NCBI GenBank assembly: GCA_965215885.1
Contig: CBDCEW010000004.1
Span: forward strand, 1 to 64,000
DNA from: Candidatus Moanibacter sp.
GTDB lineage: Bacteria > Verrucomicrobiota > Verrucomicrobiia > Opitutales > UBA2987
DNA: 64,000 nucleotides
Direction of reading: 5' to 3'
Shown here: positions 39,937 to 49,818 of the stretch, in pieces
How positions within the stretch are numbered: the first letter of the stretch is position 1
Layout: every line of letters begins with the position of its first letter
Program-made: the position numbers and the translations under genes
Notes under the pieces: generated by a model
The model's database searches: none
Told to the model about the DNA's origin: nothing
What the model saw: the letters and a program-made list of their open reading frames with translations, nothing else

Positions 39937-40770
39937 GTGAAACTGCAGATCGATAGTTCCATCCTTCTAAATAACGGTGTTCCAATTCCACGATTGGGAC
40001 TTGGGGTTTATCTTACTCCAGCTGATCAGGGGGGAATTGATACTATTGCCGGTGCCTTGAAGTCGGGTTATCGGCACCTCGATACCGCGGCCTTTTACGA
40101 GAACGAAGCTCAGGTGGGTGCCGCCGTTCGCGAATCGGGAGTTCGGAGAGAAGACGTTTTCGTGACGACCAAACTCTGAAATAGTGATCACGGCTACGAC
40201 CGCACGATTCGCGCCTTTGAAGAGAGCCGGAGATTGATGCGATTTGACTACATTGATCTCTATCTGATTCATTGGCCCGTGCCGGAAAAGCGAAGGGATT
40301 CATGGAAGGCGTTAGAGACGATTTATGAAGAAGGAAAGTGCCGTGCAATCGGGGTAAGCAATTATATGACTCGGCATTTGAATGAGCTGCTCGAGCATGC
40401 AGCAATCGTTCCATCCGTCAATCAGATCGAACTCCATCCCTTTATTTATGTTAAGCGGAAGCCGGTCATCGAACTTTGTCGGGATCATGGTATAGCTATC
40501 GAGTGCTATAGCCCGCTAACAAAGGGGGTGCGATTGGCAGACCCGGGATTGAGTCGGATTGCGGAGAAATACGAGCGCTCAACAGCGCAGATCCTTATCC
40601 GCTGGGGTCTTCAGAAAGATTTCCTTACGATCCCGAAATCAGCACGAATGGGGCGCATTCGGGAGAATGCTCAGATTTACGATTTTTCGATAAGCAATGA
40701 TGATATGGATGCGTTGGACGCTCTCAACGAAGGCTACAGCTGCACCTGGGATCCATCGGATGAACCGTAA
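39937..40770 (+). pseudogene. Aldo/keto reductase (2,5-DKG reductase-like) with in-frame TGA
   Basis: DTAAFYENE, VTTKL*NSDHG (TGA 40177 replaces conserved Trp), YLIHWP, IPKS. Confidence 0.9.
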
Positions 40771-40796
40771 CTTGGTACTTCTCTGGCCATGTGGAT

Positions 40797-40883
40797 TACC
40801 GTGCGCCACCCGGCACCCGTCTTCGCGCGAGGCTTCGCCGTGGCGAGCAAGACCGGGGCAGCCTCAGAAACACTAAACAGTTG
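40797..40883. repeat. REP/MITE-like element (copy 2, right arm) with a small inserted palindrome
   Basis: TACCGTGCGCCACCCGGCAC[CCGTCTTCGCGCGAGGCTTCGCCGTGGCGAGC]AAGACCGGGGCAGCCTCAGAAACACTAAACAG. Confidence 0.75.
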
Positions 40884-40942
40884 CTACGGCAGAGTTTGAT
40901 CCGGCAAGGGTCAGCGCGCCCGGGGACTGACTGAAAGGAAGT

Positions 40943-41899
40943 TCAACGAACCTTGATCAGATCTGCCGTGTTAATGCGGAAAATGTCCCGTCCCTCGTTT
41001 GTGACAATCAGGCTCTCTTCGCTTTCCCAGCAGATTGCTTCGCCCCCACGTGTCCATGCGGGAAGCCAGTATATCTCCCCATCGAAGTAATTGTCGGATT
41101 GATTCGATTGGTGAAAAACCCAGATCGCTCCCAGCCATTCGTCATGATCGGGTACTGGTTTGTAGGTCAAGACCGCTAAACGCGTGCCGTTCGGTGTTGC
41201 ATCGGCCCCCGAAACCAAACCGTTTATGTCGAATCGGTCGAGAAGTGTTAAGGGATTTGAACGGTCGGACTCCGTGCTGTCGAAACGATAGAGCTTGGTA
41301 TGTGTATCGGAACGGTGTTTCGACAAGATATAAATCTTCCCGTGCGCATAGAATATGGCTTCGCAATCGAAATTTCGGTTTTCCGGCGGAAATGCCTCTT
41401 GATCGGGGAAGTGAAAAGGTATCTTCTTGAGAATGAGGGAGCGTCCGGGGCCAACATAGGGAACGGGTTCCGGGAACAGATATACGGCGAGGTCACGGCG
41501 CGCGTTGGCGTTGTTACCGAAGGCTCCAATGATGAGGTTTCCCCGATCGTCCGTAGCAATGTCTTCCCAATCGACATTACCTGCGTCGAGGAAAAGGATG
41601 CCTCCGTAGGGCCGGTCCGGTTCCCTCGGATTATGGGAAGTTCCATCCAATCGCAGGGAAAATATTCGCGCTGTGTCTCCTGAATCGTTATGGGTCCAGT
41701 AGATTCCCGCGTGATGGCGGCTTCGAACGATCCCGGATGATTCAGTAATTGCATCATTTTGAATGCGGGCGATCGCTTCAAGGCGAACCGGTTCAATTTT
41801 CGGCAAGTTTACCGATTTTACACTTCCGTTTTCCGCATCGGCTAATAAGCTGCTCAAATAGAGCGGCAAGAGCAAACAAGTGGATAGAGGGAATCTCAT
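40943..41899 (-). CDS. Secreted beta-propeller-like hypothetical protein
   Basis: Signal peptide; ESSG, WTHNDSG, DWED, GNN, FDCEA motifs. Confidence 0.75.
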   Translation of the reverse strand: MRFPLSTCLLLPLYLSSLLADAENGSVKSVNLPKIEPVRLEAIARIQNDAITESSGIVRSRHHAGIYWTHNDSGDTARIFSLRLDGTSHNPREPDRPYGGILFLDAGNVDWEDIATDDRGNLIIGAFGNNANARRDLAVYLFPEPVPYVGPGRSLILKKIPFHFPDQEAFPPENRNFDCEAIFYAHGKIYILSKHRSDTHTKLYRFDSTESDRSNPLTLLDRFDINGLVSGADATPNGTRLAVLTYKPVPDHDEWLGAIWVFHQSNQSDNYFDGEIYWLPAWTRGGEAICWESEESLIVTNEGRDIFRINTADLIKVR

Positions 41900-41983
41900 A
41901 GTGGTGTTGGAGAGTGGATCTACGATTCGATCAATAGTGAGCGATAAAAAAGAAATTGAGCAAGCATTGTTATGTTAATTCAC

Positions 41984-43372
41984 CTATGACCAGATCTTCC
42001 CGACAGCATCGAGTTTCTGGTTGCTAAGGTAACCATAGCGATTAATCCAGACACCGTCGGCTTGGCTATTCGCCACGACTTGAAATCTTCGACAGAAGTC
42101 GTCGAATGGGCCGTACCCGTGAACGATCGGTGTTACTGCTGTCTGCCCGCCGACTTTTGAGAGAACTTCATCGATCTTGCGTGATTGGACCTCGCTGGAT
42201 ATAGGGTGAGGTTCGGTTGGTTTTGGATAACGGTAGTAGGAAAGCTTCCGTGAGGCATGTTCGTCGTCCAGGTCGAATAGATGGGCGAGGGTCTGGACGA
42301 GGAGGCTTTCGTCAAGATCCGGATTGCAGTTGAGTAAGACGGATCCCCAGAATTCGACTATAGCTGACCAGTGCATGGTGTAGAGCTTCGGTGATATTGC
42401 GTCGCAGTAACGAGAGGCACCCGAGAAATCGAATCCGGTAATGGTCGAAAAAGGCGGCATAAAAGCGTTTGCCAGGAGTTCTTTTCGCTCGCCGCTGAAT
42501 TCGTCAATTACTTCTCTCCAGCTCCTTAGAAGATCCACCGAAAGGGCGGCTTTGAGATGGAGCCATTCACCGAAACGAGAATCAGCATTACCAGAGTCAG
42601 ATATTGCAGAACTTCCACCACTTTCACAAGCGAACCGACCTAATTCCCGATTCGTGAGGCTCCCATGCAGGTGGTTGTAGAGGTTGGCGACGGACTCCCG
42701 AATTTCAGCGAAATTGAATCCGTGTGACTCCGCCCACGTCTCAGCATGAGGGCTGAAATCCTGAAAAGCCTCATCGAGCTTGTAACATGGGTACTCGGGC
42801 CAGTCGGGGCGAAAGCCGTCAATGTCAGGATATTCTGAAAGCAAATCTTGTAGATAGGATCGATTATAGGTTCGTATCGCCTCGCTCGCAAGGCTGCCCG
42901 TGTTGGCCATCCGCTCGTTTGGTAGGCGGCCGTTTGGCAGGTTAGGTTTGTCTTCGTCTCGCAGGTCATGTGGTTGCGCGGCGCCGATCTGTAGATACAC
43001 CTTGAGTCCACGGTCTCGTGCCCGTCTAATGAACTCGCCAATTGTAGCGCCGTATCTCTTTGTGATATCGTTGGGTTCCCGGGGAGGGTAAGGAGAATGG
43101 AGGTAATGCTCCTGATTGGGATGATAACTGGGACCGGCACGCACCCAGAATTCCGTTTTACCGAACAGTGGTCGATCAAAGAGGCGTGGGCTTGCGCCCG
43201 CATCGTGCGGCGGTTGAAGGCTCCCCTGACCTTCGGAAGAGGGTTCGCTAACGGTAGGATTACACGCTACAGCGGTCGCTTCTGCGCGCTTGGTGACATT
43301 ATCGAGAACAGTCTCGATTCCTTCGTGTACTATGTAATCACCCAGTATCGTGATTCCGAGAAAGCGTCTCAT
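41984..43372 (-). CDS. Hypothetical protein, glycoside-hydrolase-like TIM barrel
   Basis: 462-aa ORF; YPDIDGFRPDWPEY, PKLYTMHW. Confidence 0.6.
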   Translation of the reverse strand: MRRFLGITILGDYIVHEGIETVLDNVTKRAEATAVACNPTVSEPSSEGQGSLQPPHDAGASPRLFDRPLFGKTEFWVRAGPSYHPNQEHYLHSPYPPREPNDITKRYGATIGEFIRRARDRGLKVYLQIGAAQPHDLRDEDKPNLPNGRLPNERMANTGSLASEAIRTYNRSYLQDLLSEYPDIDGFRPDWPEYPCYKLDEAFQDFSPHAETWAESHGFNFAEIRESVANLYNHLHGSLTNRELGRFACESGGSSAISDSGNADSRFGEWLHLKAALSVDLLRSWREVIDEFSGERKELLANAFMPPFSTITGFDFSGASRYCDAISPKLYTMHWSAIVEFWGSVLLNCNPDLDESLLVQTLAHLFDLDDEHASRKLSYYRYPKPTEPHPISSEVQSRKIDEVLSKVGGQTAVTPIVHGYGPFDDFCRRFQVVANSQADGVWINRYGYLSNQKLDAVGKIWS

Positions 43373-43782
43373 GAGAAATTGATTCCATCAAAATCCTAAG
43401 ATACTCGATCCAGAATATGCGACAATTTAATCGCGAGTTGAATGGGGCACTCTTGGGAATTTTTCGAAAGTTTGAGATGTATGACGTGGAGGTCATGACC
43501 TGAAATCTCGAAGCTCGTCTAAGATTCGCTGTGAATACCGTTTGGGTCTCTCTTCACATAGAGAGGCGGTTCGCTGAAAGTGCGAGACCGAGGAAGGAGC
43601 TTTGACTCAAATGTGTACTTCTGATAGCCGTGGCCGGAGGGCTCGGCCCACCTTCGCTGTTTCAATCATTGAATCGCTCCTGCTCTTCGCAGAGTTAAAC
43701 GATCTATCTGGTAAGATTTTTTGAACATGCTGATCGAAATCGATCTGGGAACCAAAATGGCTTACGAGAGGATTTCTGGCAA

Positions 43783-44364
43783 CTAACTGTCCCAGCTCGA
43801 AGGAGACAGGACGAGATCCAGTTTGGCCTTTGAGACATCCTTCCTCGGATAATGCTGCGTTACGAGCGATTGCCGCCCTTCAGCGCTGACGCGGATGTGG
43901 ATATGGGCCGGACGGAAGCCGTAAGATTTAGGCTTCTCGCATTCGAAGACATATTTGCCGTTCTCATCGGAAATAATGGTTGCACGGTAATCATCGCTGT
44001 AGCTCCGATTCGGTCCGACCAGCCAGAATTCGATTCTTGCGCCGGATATCGGAACACAATCTGGCGATGACCGAACGGTGCCGCGCAAAACATAGCCCTC
44101 CCCGACTTTTGATCGGATTGGAGCGTTAGGATTGTAGTTGGGGCCGAGAGCGTCTCGACGTGTTGGTTTGCATGTGTCGGCCTCTTCTGCAGATTCGGGG
44201 CCTTGTATTTCTTCCGATGCAGCGGGTTGAGGAATTGCGATCAAGAACGCGAGGGCGGTGAGTGCGAAGATTGCGTGCTGGTCAGTCCGGCAACAAATAG
44301 CGCGGGCGACATGGTGGGAGAACGGCGTCGGATACATTCCTGGGGGATCTTCCATAGAAATCAA
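43783..44364 (-). CDS. Intradiol ring-cleavage dioxygenase-like protein, probably secreted
   Basis: GPNY, LRGTV, EFW, RPAHIH, LVTQHY. Confidence 0.8.
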   Translation of the reverse strand: MISMEDPPGMYPTPFSHHVARAICCRTDQHAIFALTALAFLIAIPQPAASEEIQGPESAEEADTCKPTRRDALGPNYNPNAPIRSKVGEGYVLRGTVRSSPDCVPISGARIEFWLVGPNRSYSDDYRATIISDENGKYVFECEKPKSYGFRPAHIHIRVSAEGRQSLVTQHYPRKDVSKAKLDLVLSPSSWDS

Positions 44365-45512
44365 TAATCGGGAACCGACTCCAGATTACCTGTAGCGGCG
44401 GATTTGTAACCGGCGAGCAATACATGGGTGAGGTGGGCGGCGGCGCGGGCGTTCATTTCGCTTTCCCTGCTCTGTTCGATGCAGTCGATGAAGCAGTTTA
44501 CGTCGTTGGGTTCTTCTTCTTCGAGAGGGAGGACGATCCAAGCCTCCTTTTCCTTCACGTTTGCTTCGTCCTGAGTCGACTGCCAGAAGCCCATAGGATC
44601 GTCGGGGTGAATTTCCGGCGGCGCCCATGTTGGGAGGTTGGATGCACACTCGAGACGCAACTGATTTCCATCGGCACGGAGGGAGCGTTTGGCGCCGATG
44701 AGGTAGACTCGATTTAAGCCGACACCGGGATGGGCCGTCCAACCTACTCGGCCGCCAGTCACAGTGGCGGTGAATCCGCCCTCAAGGTTCAAAGAGAGGA
44801 TACCGATATCCTCCTGGCCATTTTTCTGGTGTTCGGCGAAGAAGTAATTTCGAGTGAAGCCATATACTGATTCGACGCGGCGATTAGCTAGCCAGCAGAC
44901 AAGGCCGAGCGCGTAAACACCGATAGCGTAGAGTTCGGCTTTCGAGTCGACGAAAGTAAATCGTTTTGGCGGGTAATTCTGGACACACTGTTTTTTGAGA
45001 TCGGCAGTTCCGTTTCTACCTTTGGCGAAGAGACAGTCGGCGTGAATACCTACCAGCTCACCCAATACTCCGGATTCTACGACGGCCTTTGCCCGCCGGC
45101 ACCATGCATGGTTGACAAAGCTGAACATCTGGCTGCGAACATCACTCTCGGTGACCGCTTGAACGACCTTTATGGCGGACTCAGGAAAAGGTGTCATCGG
45201 TTTGTCGATGTATATGTGCTTTCCTGCCCTTGCACACTGTGCAAGTATGCGGCCACGTCGTTCCGGTTCGGCGCAGACTGAGGCAATATCTATTCCGTCG
45301 AGTGCGAGTGCTTCGGTCAGGTTGGGGATGTAGGGTATTTCCAATTCGTTTGCCATTGCCGCATTCAGTGTCCGCCTCTCTTCGGTAATGTCATCTTCGT
45401 CGGAGAGAGCGATGAGTCTGCAGCGGGGATCGGAAAGAAACATTGGCGCGTAATTCTCCTGGTGGGTTCGTTTACCCGTGACGAGGAGTACTCCGTGGCG
45501 CTGATCCGGCAT
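44361..45512 (-). CDS. Gfo/Idh/MocA oxidoreductase
   Basis: AGKHIYIDKP; Rossmann-like N-terminus. Confidence 0.82.
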   Translation of the reverse strand: MPDQRHGVLLVTGKRTHQENYAPMFLSDPRCRLIALSDEDDITEERRTLNAAMANELEIPYIPNLTEALALDGIDIASVCAEPERRGRILAQCARAGKHIYIDKPMTPFPESAIKVVQAVTESDVRSQMFSFVNHAWCRRAKAVVESGVLGELVGIHADCLFAKGRNGTADLKKQCVQNYPPKRFTFVDSKAELYAIGVYALGLVCWLANRRVESVYGFTRNYFFAEHQKNGQEDIGILSLNLEGGFTATVTGGRVGWTAHPGVGLNRVYLIGAKRSLRADGNQLRLECASNLPTWAPPEIHPDDPMGFWQSTQDEANVKEKEAWIVLPLEEEEPNDVNCFIDCIEQSRESEMNARAAAHLTHVLLAGYKSAATGNLESVPDY

Positions 45513-45525
45513 AAGAGAAAATTTT

Positions 45526-45993
45526 TCAGGAAGTTACTTCGGGCTTGCCCGAGTGAAGGGACGCGCGAATTTGTGTGATCAATTGAACTGCTTCTTCATC
45601 CAGTTGCACATTGAAGGATCCGTCTCTTGGCTCGAAGGGGAATTCGTGATGGTAAATGCCGCCGTCGCTCCCGAGCAAAGTGAGATCGACTTCCTCCTGA
45701 TTATGAGAGAGGCCGGCAGTTAGAAGTGCTGTCTGTCCTTTGGCGAACTCCAGACTCAGAGAAACCGATCCGGAATCCAACTTTCCGAGGGCGTAAAGTC
45801 TGTGGTGTTGAACTCCAAGCCAATCCGTGACCCGAAGTGTCATTTCGCCAAGGATACATTCGACCTGTTCGGCGTTTGCCGCGGCGAGCACCGTCCAACG
45901 CACAAACACGGGTGTTCCGACGCGACCCGTTTCAATGGCAGCATGGATACCTCTTGAGATCGATTCCCAGTAGGAGAGGGGAAAGGAAGCCAT
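45526..45993 (-). CDS. Hypothetical protein resembling a Gfo/Idh/MocA C-terminal domain
   Basis: IETGRVGTPVFVR..LEFAKGQTA..LLGSDG; lacks the Rossmann domain. Confidence 0.6.
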   Translation of the reverse strand: MASFPLSYWESISRGIHAAIETGRVGTPVFVRWTVLAAANAEQVECILGEMTLRVTDWLGVQHHRLYALGKLDSGSVSLSLEFAKGQTALLTAGLSHNQEEVDLTLLGSDGGIYHHEFPFEPRDGSFNVQLDEEAVQLITQIRASLHSGKPEVTS

Positions 45994-46025
45994 CGTCGTT
46001 GCTTGAGAGTCGTGTTCGAAGAGTC

Positions 46026-47000
46026 TTACTTTCGGCTCGCCGCAACTCGGCTTCGGAGAATGCCGATGCGAGAAATCTCGATTTCCACTTTATCGCCAGG
46101 CTTGAGAAACTCGCCGGTCGTCGCTCCGACGCCGGAGACAGTACCGGTACTGATTAAATCCCCAGGCTGAAGGGTGATGATTGACGTAATATACTCGATG
46201 ATTTGGGCCACTGGATATAGCATCTGCCCCGTGTTATTGTGTTGTCTGCGCTCTCCGTTGATGAACGTGCTTATTTCGAGAGCTTGGGGATCTGGTATCT
46301 CATCTCTTGTTACGACCCATGGTCCCTGCGGGGCAAATGTATCGAGCCATTTGCCGTTCAGCCAGTCGAACCACTTGTCTTGCGGTCGGTCTTCGGTTCG
46401 ATTTCGTATGTGCAGTTTTCGCTCTGACACATCGTTCATGACGGTATAGCCGGCCACATAACGCAGGGCGCTTGACGCTTTAACCCCTTTGGCTCTGCGC
46501 CCGATTACAACAGCCAATTCGCCCTCCCAGTCAATGGCTCTTGCGATAGGAGGGATGAGAATCCGGTCGCCGGGTGCGATAACTGTTGTAGCCGGTGGTT
46601 TCATAAAGATCCGAGGTGTCTCCTTATCTTGAATTTGCATCTTTCTACCACCTTCCTCGATATGGTCCTGATAGTTTCCCGCCAGACAGTAAATGGCCCG
46701 TGGGCGCGGGACAGGCGCTTGCAACCTCACACGACTCAATCGGTGAGAAACTCTACTGTCGATTCGTGGAGGATCTCCCAATCTTCGTAACGCATCCGCA
46801 ACAACCGTTCTCGCCACTTTGAGCCCCCGATCGCCCGCTTCGAGAAGCGATATCATGTCATTGAAGAATGGATGTCTTGCACGTCTTTCCCGGCGGGCCA
46901 GCAATCTTTCGGCCGCCGCGAGATCGATAAGACTCTGATTGTCTGCTATAACAGCGCCGATCTTCTCTTTGCCGTCTTGTAGGTATGTTGCGATCTTCAT
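46026..47000 (-). CDS. Fumarylacetoacetate hydrolase family protein
   Basis: NYQDH, FMKP, DWEGEL, NDVSER, GK..DTF.P.GP, GDLISTGT. Confidence 0.93.
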   Translation of the reverse strand: MKIATYLQDGKEKIGAVIADNQSLIDLAAAERLLARRERRARHPFFNDMISLLEAGDRGLKVARTVVADALRRLGDPPRIDSRVSHRLSRVRLQAPVPRPRAIYCLAGNYQDHIEEGGRKMQIQDKETPRIFMKPPATTVIAPGDRILIPPIARAIDWEGELAVVIGRRAKGVKASSALRYVAGYTVMNDVSERKLHIRNRTEDRPQDKWFDWLNGKWLDTFAPQGPWVVTRDEIPDPQALEISTFINGERRQHNNTGQMLYPVAQIIEYITSIITLQPGDLISTGTVSGVGATTGEFLKPGDKVEIEISRIGILRSRVAASRK

Positions 47001-47059
47001 TGAACGAACAGAACATTTCGCAGGTCGATAGTCAATCCCGGGGACCTTTCGGACCTTAG

Positions 47060-47137
47060 GACGTGTTTAGCGTTCCTTCGATTGCTGGCTGCCCCGGCGC
47101 AAGACCCGGGGCAGCCTCAGACACACTAAACAGGCAC
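47060..47137. repeat. REP/MITE-like element (copy 3, internally deleted)
   Basis: GACGTGTTTAGCGTT..GGCTGCCCCGGCGCAAGACCCGGGGCAGCCTCAGACACACTAAACAGG. Confidence 0.8.
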
Positions 47138-47290
47138 GGACCGTAAGTCCGACTGATTCCTTGCCCGATTTTGTATTCTGTCTAACGAATCATTGCTTGC
47201 ATATGCCCCAAAGCGCCCACAACAGTGGACATTCACCCTCATCGGAAATTTGTGAGAAAAGCGGGCAGGAATGTTAAAGTTTGGAGACCA

Positions 47291-48184
47291 ATGAAGATTA
47301 TCGATGCGCATCATCATTTTTGGAGTGTAAGAAGCGGTAACTATCCGTGGTTGCTCGACCGAACGAATGAAGGGCTTTGGGGTAAACCCGCGGATTTGGC
47401 GTCGGAATACCTGGTGGAAGACCTCCTTAGCGATGCGAGGAATCAGAACCTCGTAATGTCCGTTCACGTGGAGTGCGGTTTCGACCGCGCGAAAGTGGTG
47501 GAGGAGACTGCGTGGTTACAGTGCCTGGCCGATGATCCCGATTCCCCCGGCTTTCCACACGGTATCGTGGCGTTCGCTGATTTCTCAGATCCGGAGGTAG
47601 AGAAAGTGCTGGCCGGTCATTGCGAATATCCGAATACCCGAGGCATCCGCCAGATGCTAAATCGACATAGAAACGACACGTGGAATATGTCAGACAGCGA
47701 GTACTTGCGGGATGCGGAATGGCGGCGCAATTTCAGCTTACTGGAAAGATATGACCTGTCTTTCGATTTGCAGCTTTACTACCATCAGATCGACGATGCC
47801 ATTTCGTTGGCACGTGATAACCCCAACATTCGCTTCATACTCAACCACACAGGTATGCCTGCGGATCGAGATGAAGAGAGTCTGCGAGCCTGGCGAAGTG
47901 CTATGCAAAGATTGGCGGAGTGTTCGAATGTCGTGACTAAGATCTCGGGGCTTGGAATGTGTGATCGGAAATGGACCGTAGCGAGCATCCGGCCCTTCGT
48001 AATCAGCGCGATCGAGGATTTCGGAATCGATCGTTGCATGTTTGCAAGCAACTTTCCCGTCGACGGGAAATACAGCAGCTACGATGCGGTCTGGAAAGCG
48101 TATGGGGAGATTACGGCAGATTTTTCAGAGGACGATCGCCGAAGGCTCTTTCACGATAACGCAGTGAAGTATTATCGACTCTAA
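47291..48184 (+). CDS. Amidohydrolase family protein (sugar lactonase-like)
   Basis: IDAHHHFW, LNHTG, KISG, FASNFP. Confidence 0.9.
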   Translation: MKIIDAHHHFWSVRSGNYPWLLDRTNEGLWGKPADLASEYLVEDLLSDARNQNLVMSVHVECGFDRAKVVEETAWLQCLADDPDSPGFPHGIVAFADFSDPEVEKVLAGHCEYPNTRGIRQMLNRHRNDTWNMSDSEYLRDAEWRRNFSLLERYDLSFDLQLYYHQIDDAISLARDNPNIRFILNHTGMPADRDEESLRAWRSAMQRLAECSNVVTKISGLGMCDRKWTVASIRPFVISAIEDFGIDRCMFASNFPVDGKYSSYDAVWKAYGEITADFSEDDRRRLFHDNAVKYYRL

Positions 48185-48326
48185 CTTGGAAATTCACTGT
48201 AAATGCTGTTCGACAGAGTTCACCGCAGGCGGTAGGGATCCGCCCGTCAGGCCGCTCTGCCCTACAGCAGAGAATTTTCACGGCCAGGCCACGTAGAAAC
48301 TGGTCTTCTCCGGTTGATTTTCCAAA

Positions 48327-49292
48327 CTAATCGGGCCGCGGAGGCGGGGTGGTATCGGGAGGAGAACCGGGGTCGATCATCGGGGGCTCAGCTGGGGGAT
48401 CGACTGGCGGAATGGTGAGGAGGACGATCGATCCTTCTTGAGAGGGTTCAAAGACGCTGGTCTCGAATTCCACTCGAGGCAAGAGGTTAAAGCGGGAGGT
48501 GGTACCTTCCGTGGAGACGACGGCATCGAAACCGGAGACGGCGATGCGTTCACCATTATCTTGAACGAGGTCTCCGCCCCTCACGTTGAATGAATCAATC
48601 TCCGATTGAGGCCCGAGTTGGAGTCCAGGGATTGCGGTGTCGAGAGCGTCAATATCGCCGATTGAGGCGAAGAACCGGAAATCGATGGTGGGGGCCAGGA
48701 TTCCGATCTCGCCGGTGCCGGCGGTAAAGATGGCATTGTCGGCGTTGATTCCACCGATTTGCCCGGCGGTGGAGTCGTTTACAATGATAGATCTGACCGT
48801 CGCGATGTTATCGGTAGTTTCCGTGAATGTATTCGCGTTGATGAGAGCGTTATCGACACGAGTCGGGTCGCTTCCCAGCGAAAAAACGGAGAAAAAGGTA
48901 AGGCCGGTGGATTTATCGATGGTAAAGGTGGCCAGTCCGCGTGCATAGGTGGTACCCGGTTGCGTGTAGGGTGAGGGCACATCCGCGGTATAGTCCTCGA
49001 GATTTATTCTCAAAGTCGTCTCCGGGTCGTCGCTGCCGAATTCCGCGAATACCAGATCGCCTCCGGCATCCAGAAAAGAGATTCGGGTGATGGTCCCCGG
49101 GAGAGAAGCGAAGACGGCTTCTTCCGAGATTATTTCGAAACCGTTGTAAACATTACCCATAAATAGGGTTTGATCATTGACGAGATCCGCTGCGCCGCTC
49201 AGGAGCAAATCGGCGGCATTTCCGAAGAGTACCCGGCTTTCGAGTACTTCCAGCTTCAGGGTTCTATTAGGAGACTGACGGTCGAACTTCAT
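48327..49292 (-). CDS. Extracellular protein with LEPRxLL-like N-terminal signal and Pro-rich tail
   Basis: LKLEVLESRVLF; acidic Gly/Thr-rich body. Confidence 0.65.
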   Translation of the reverse strand: MKFDRQSPNRTLKLEVLESRVLFGNAADLLLSGAADLVNDQTLFMGNVYNGFEIISEEAVFASLPGTITRISFLDAGGDLVFAEFGSDDPETTLRINLEDYTADVPSPYTQPGTTYARGLATFTIDKSTGLTFFSVFSLGSDPTRVDNALINANTFTETTDNIATVRSIIVNDSTAGQIGGINADNAIFTAGTGEIGILAPTIDFRFFASIGDIDALDTAIPGLQLGPQSEIDSFNVRGGDLVQDNGERIAVSGFDAVVSTEGTTSRFNLLPRVEFETSVFEPSQEGSIVLLTIPPVDPPAEPPMIDPGSPPDTTPPPRPD

Positions 49293-49340
49293 AATCTGAA
49301 AGCTCTAAAAGGAAAACATTAGAAGAGAAAGAGGAAAGAA

Positions 49341-49716
49341 TTCTCACGCAAAGCCGCAAAGGCGCAAAGGGTGAAGAGGAATCGAACCGGAATAGTGAGA
49401 CCACGGAATCCCTGGTGCAGCGTGGCCGCAACCAAATTGAGAGAAAGAGAGGAACCGCGAATGATTCTCGGCAAGCCGGGACGAATGAAGAAGAATTGAC
49501 CGCGGATTGCGCGGATTCCACTGATAGAGAGAGGACATTGATCCTTCAGTCTCTGGAAGTCGACTTCGCGAACTTGCTTACGCGAGCGGAGAAACGCGAA
49601 GAAGGGCATTCCCAAAATCGCTTTATGTTGGCTAATAGCGCGGACGCGCTCTTGGGAATGCCCTTCTTCGCGTTTCAGCCTCTGCCCTACGGCATAGAGA
49701 CGAAGTCGACTTCCAA
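49341..49716. repeat. Cluster of nested short repeats and inverted repeats
   Basis: CACGCAAAGCCGCAAAGGCGCAAAG; CCGCGGATTGCGCGGATT; GGAAGTCGACTTCG pair enclosing AAACGCGAAGAAGGGCATTCCCAA / TTGGGAATGCCCTTCTTCGCGTTT. Confidence 0.85.
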
Positions 49717-49818
49717 ATCGGTCTACAAGGATAGTCAATTTCCTGCTTTCCTGTCTCGGCAAAGCGTAGCGACGACGGATGCGGCGAATCATAAGCTAGG
49801 AAGAAGACCGATCGGAAT

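Noticed and set aside
21591..40179. In-frame TGA codons as evidence of TGA=Trp recoding
   Set aside because: Many intact genes end in TGA, TGG is used normally, and TAA/TAG nonsense codons also occur
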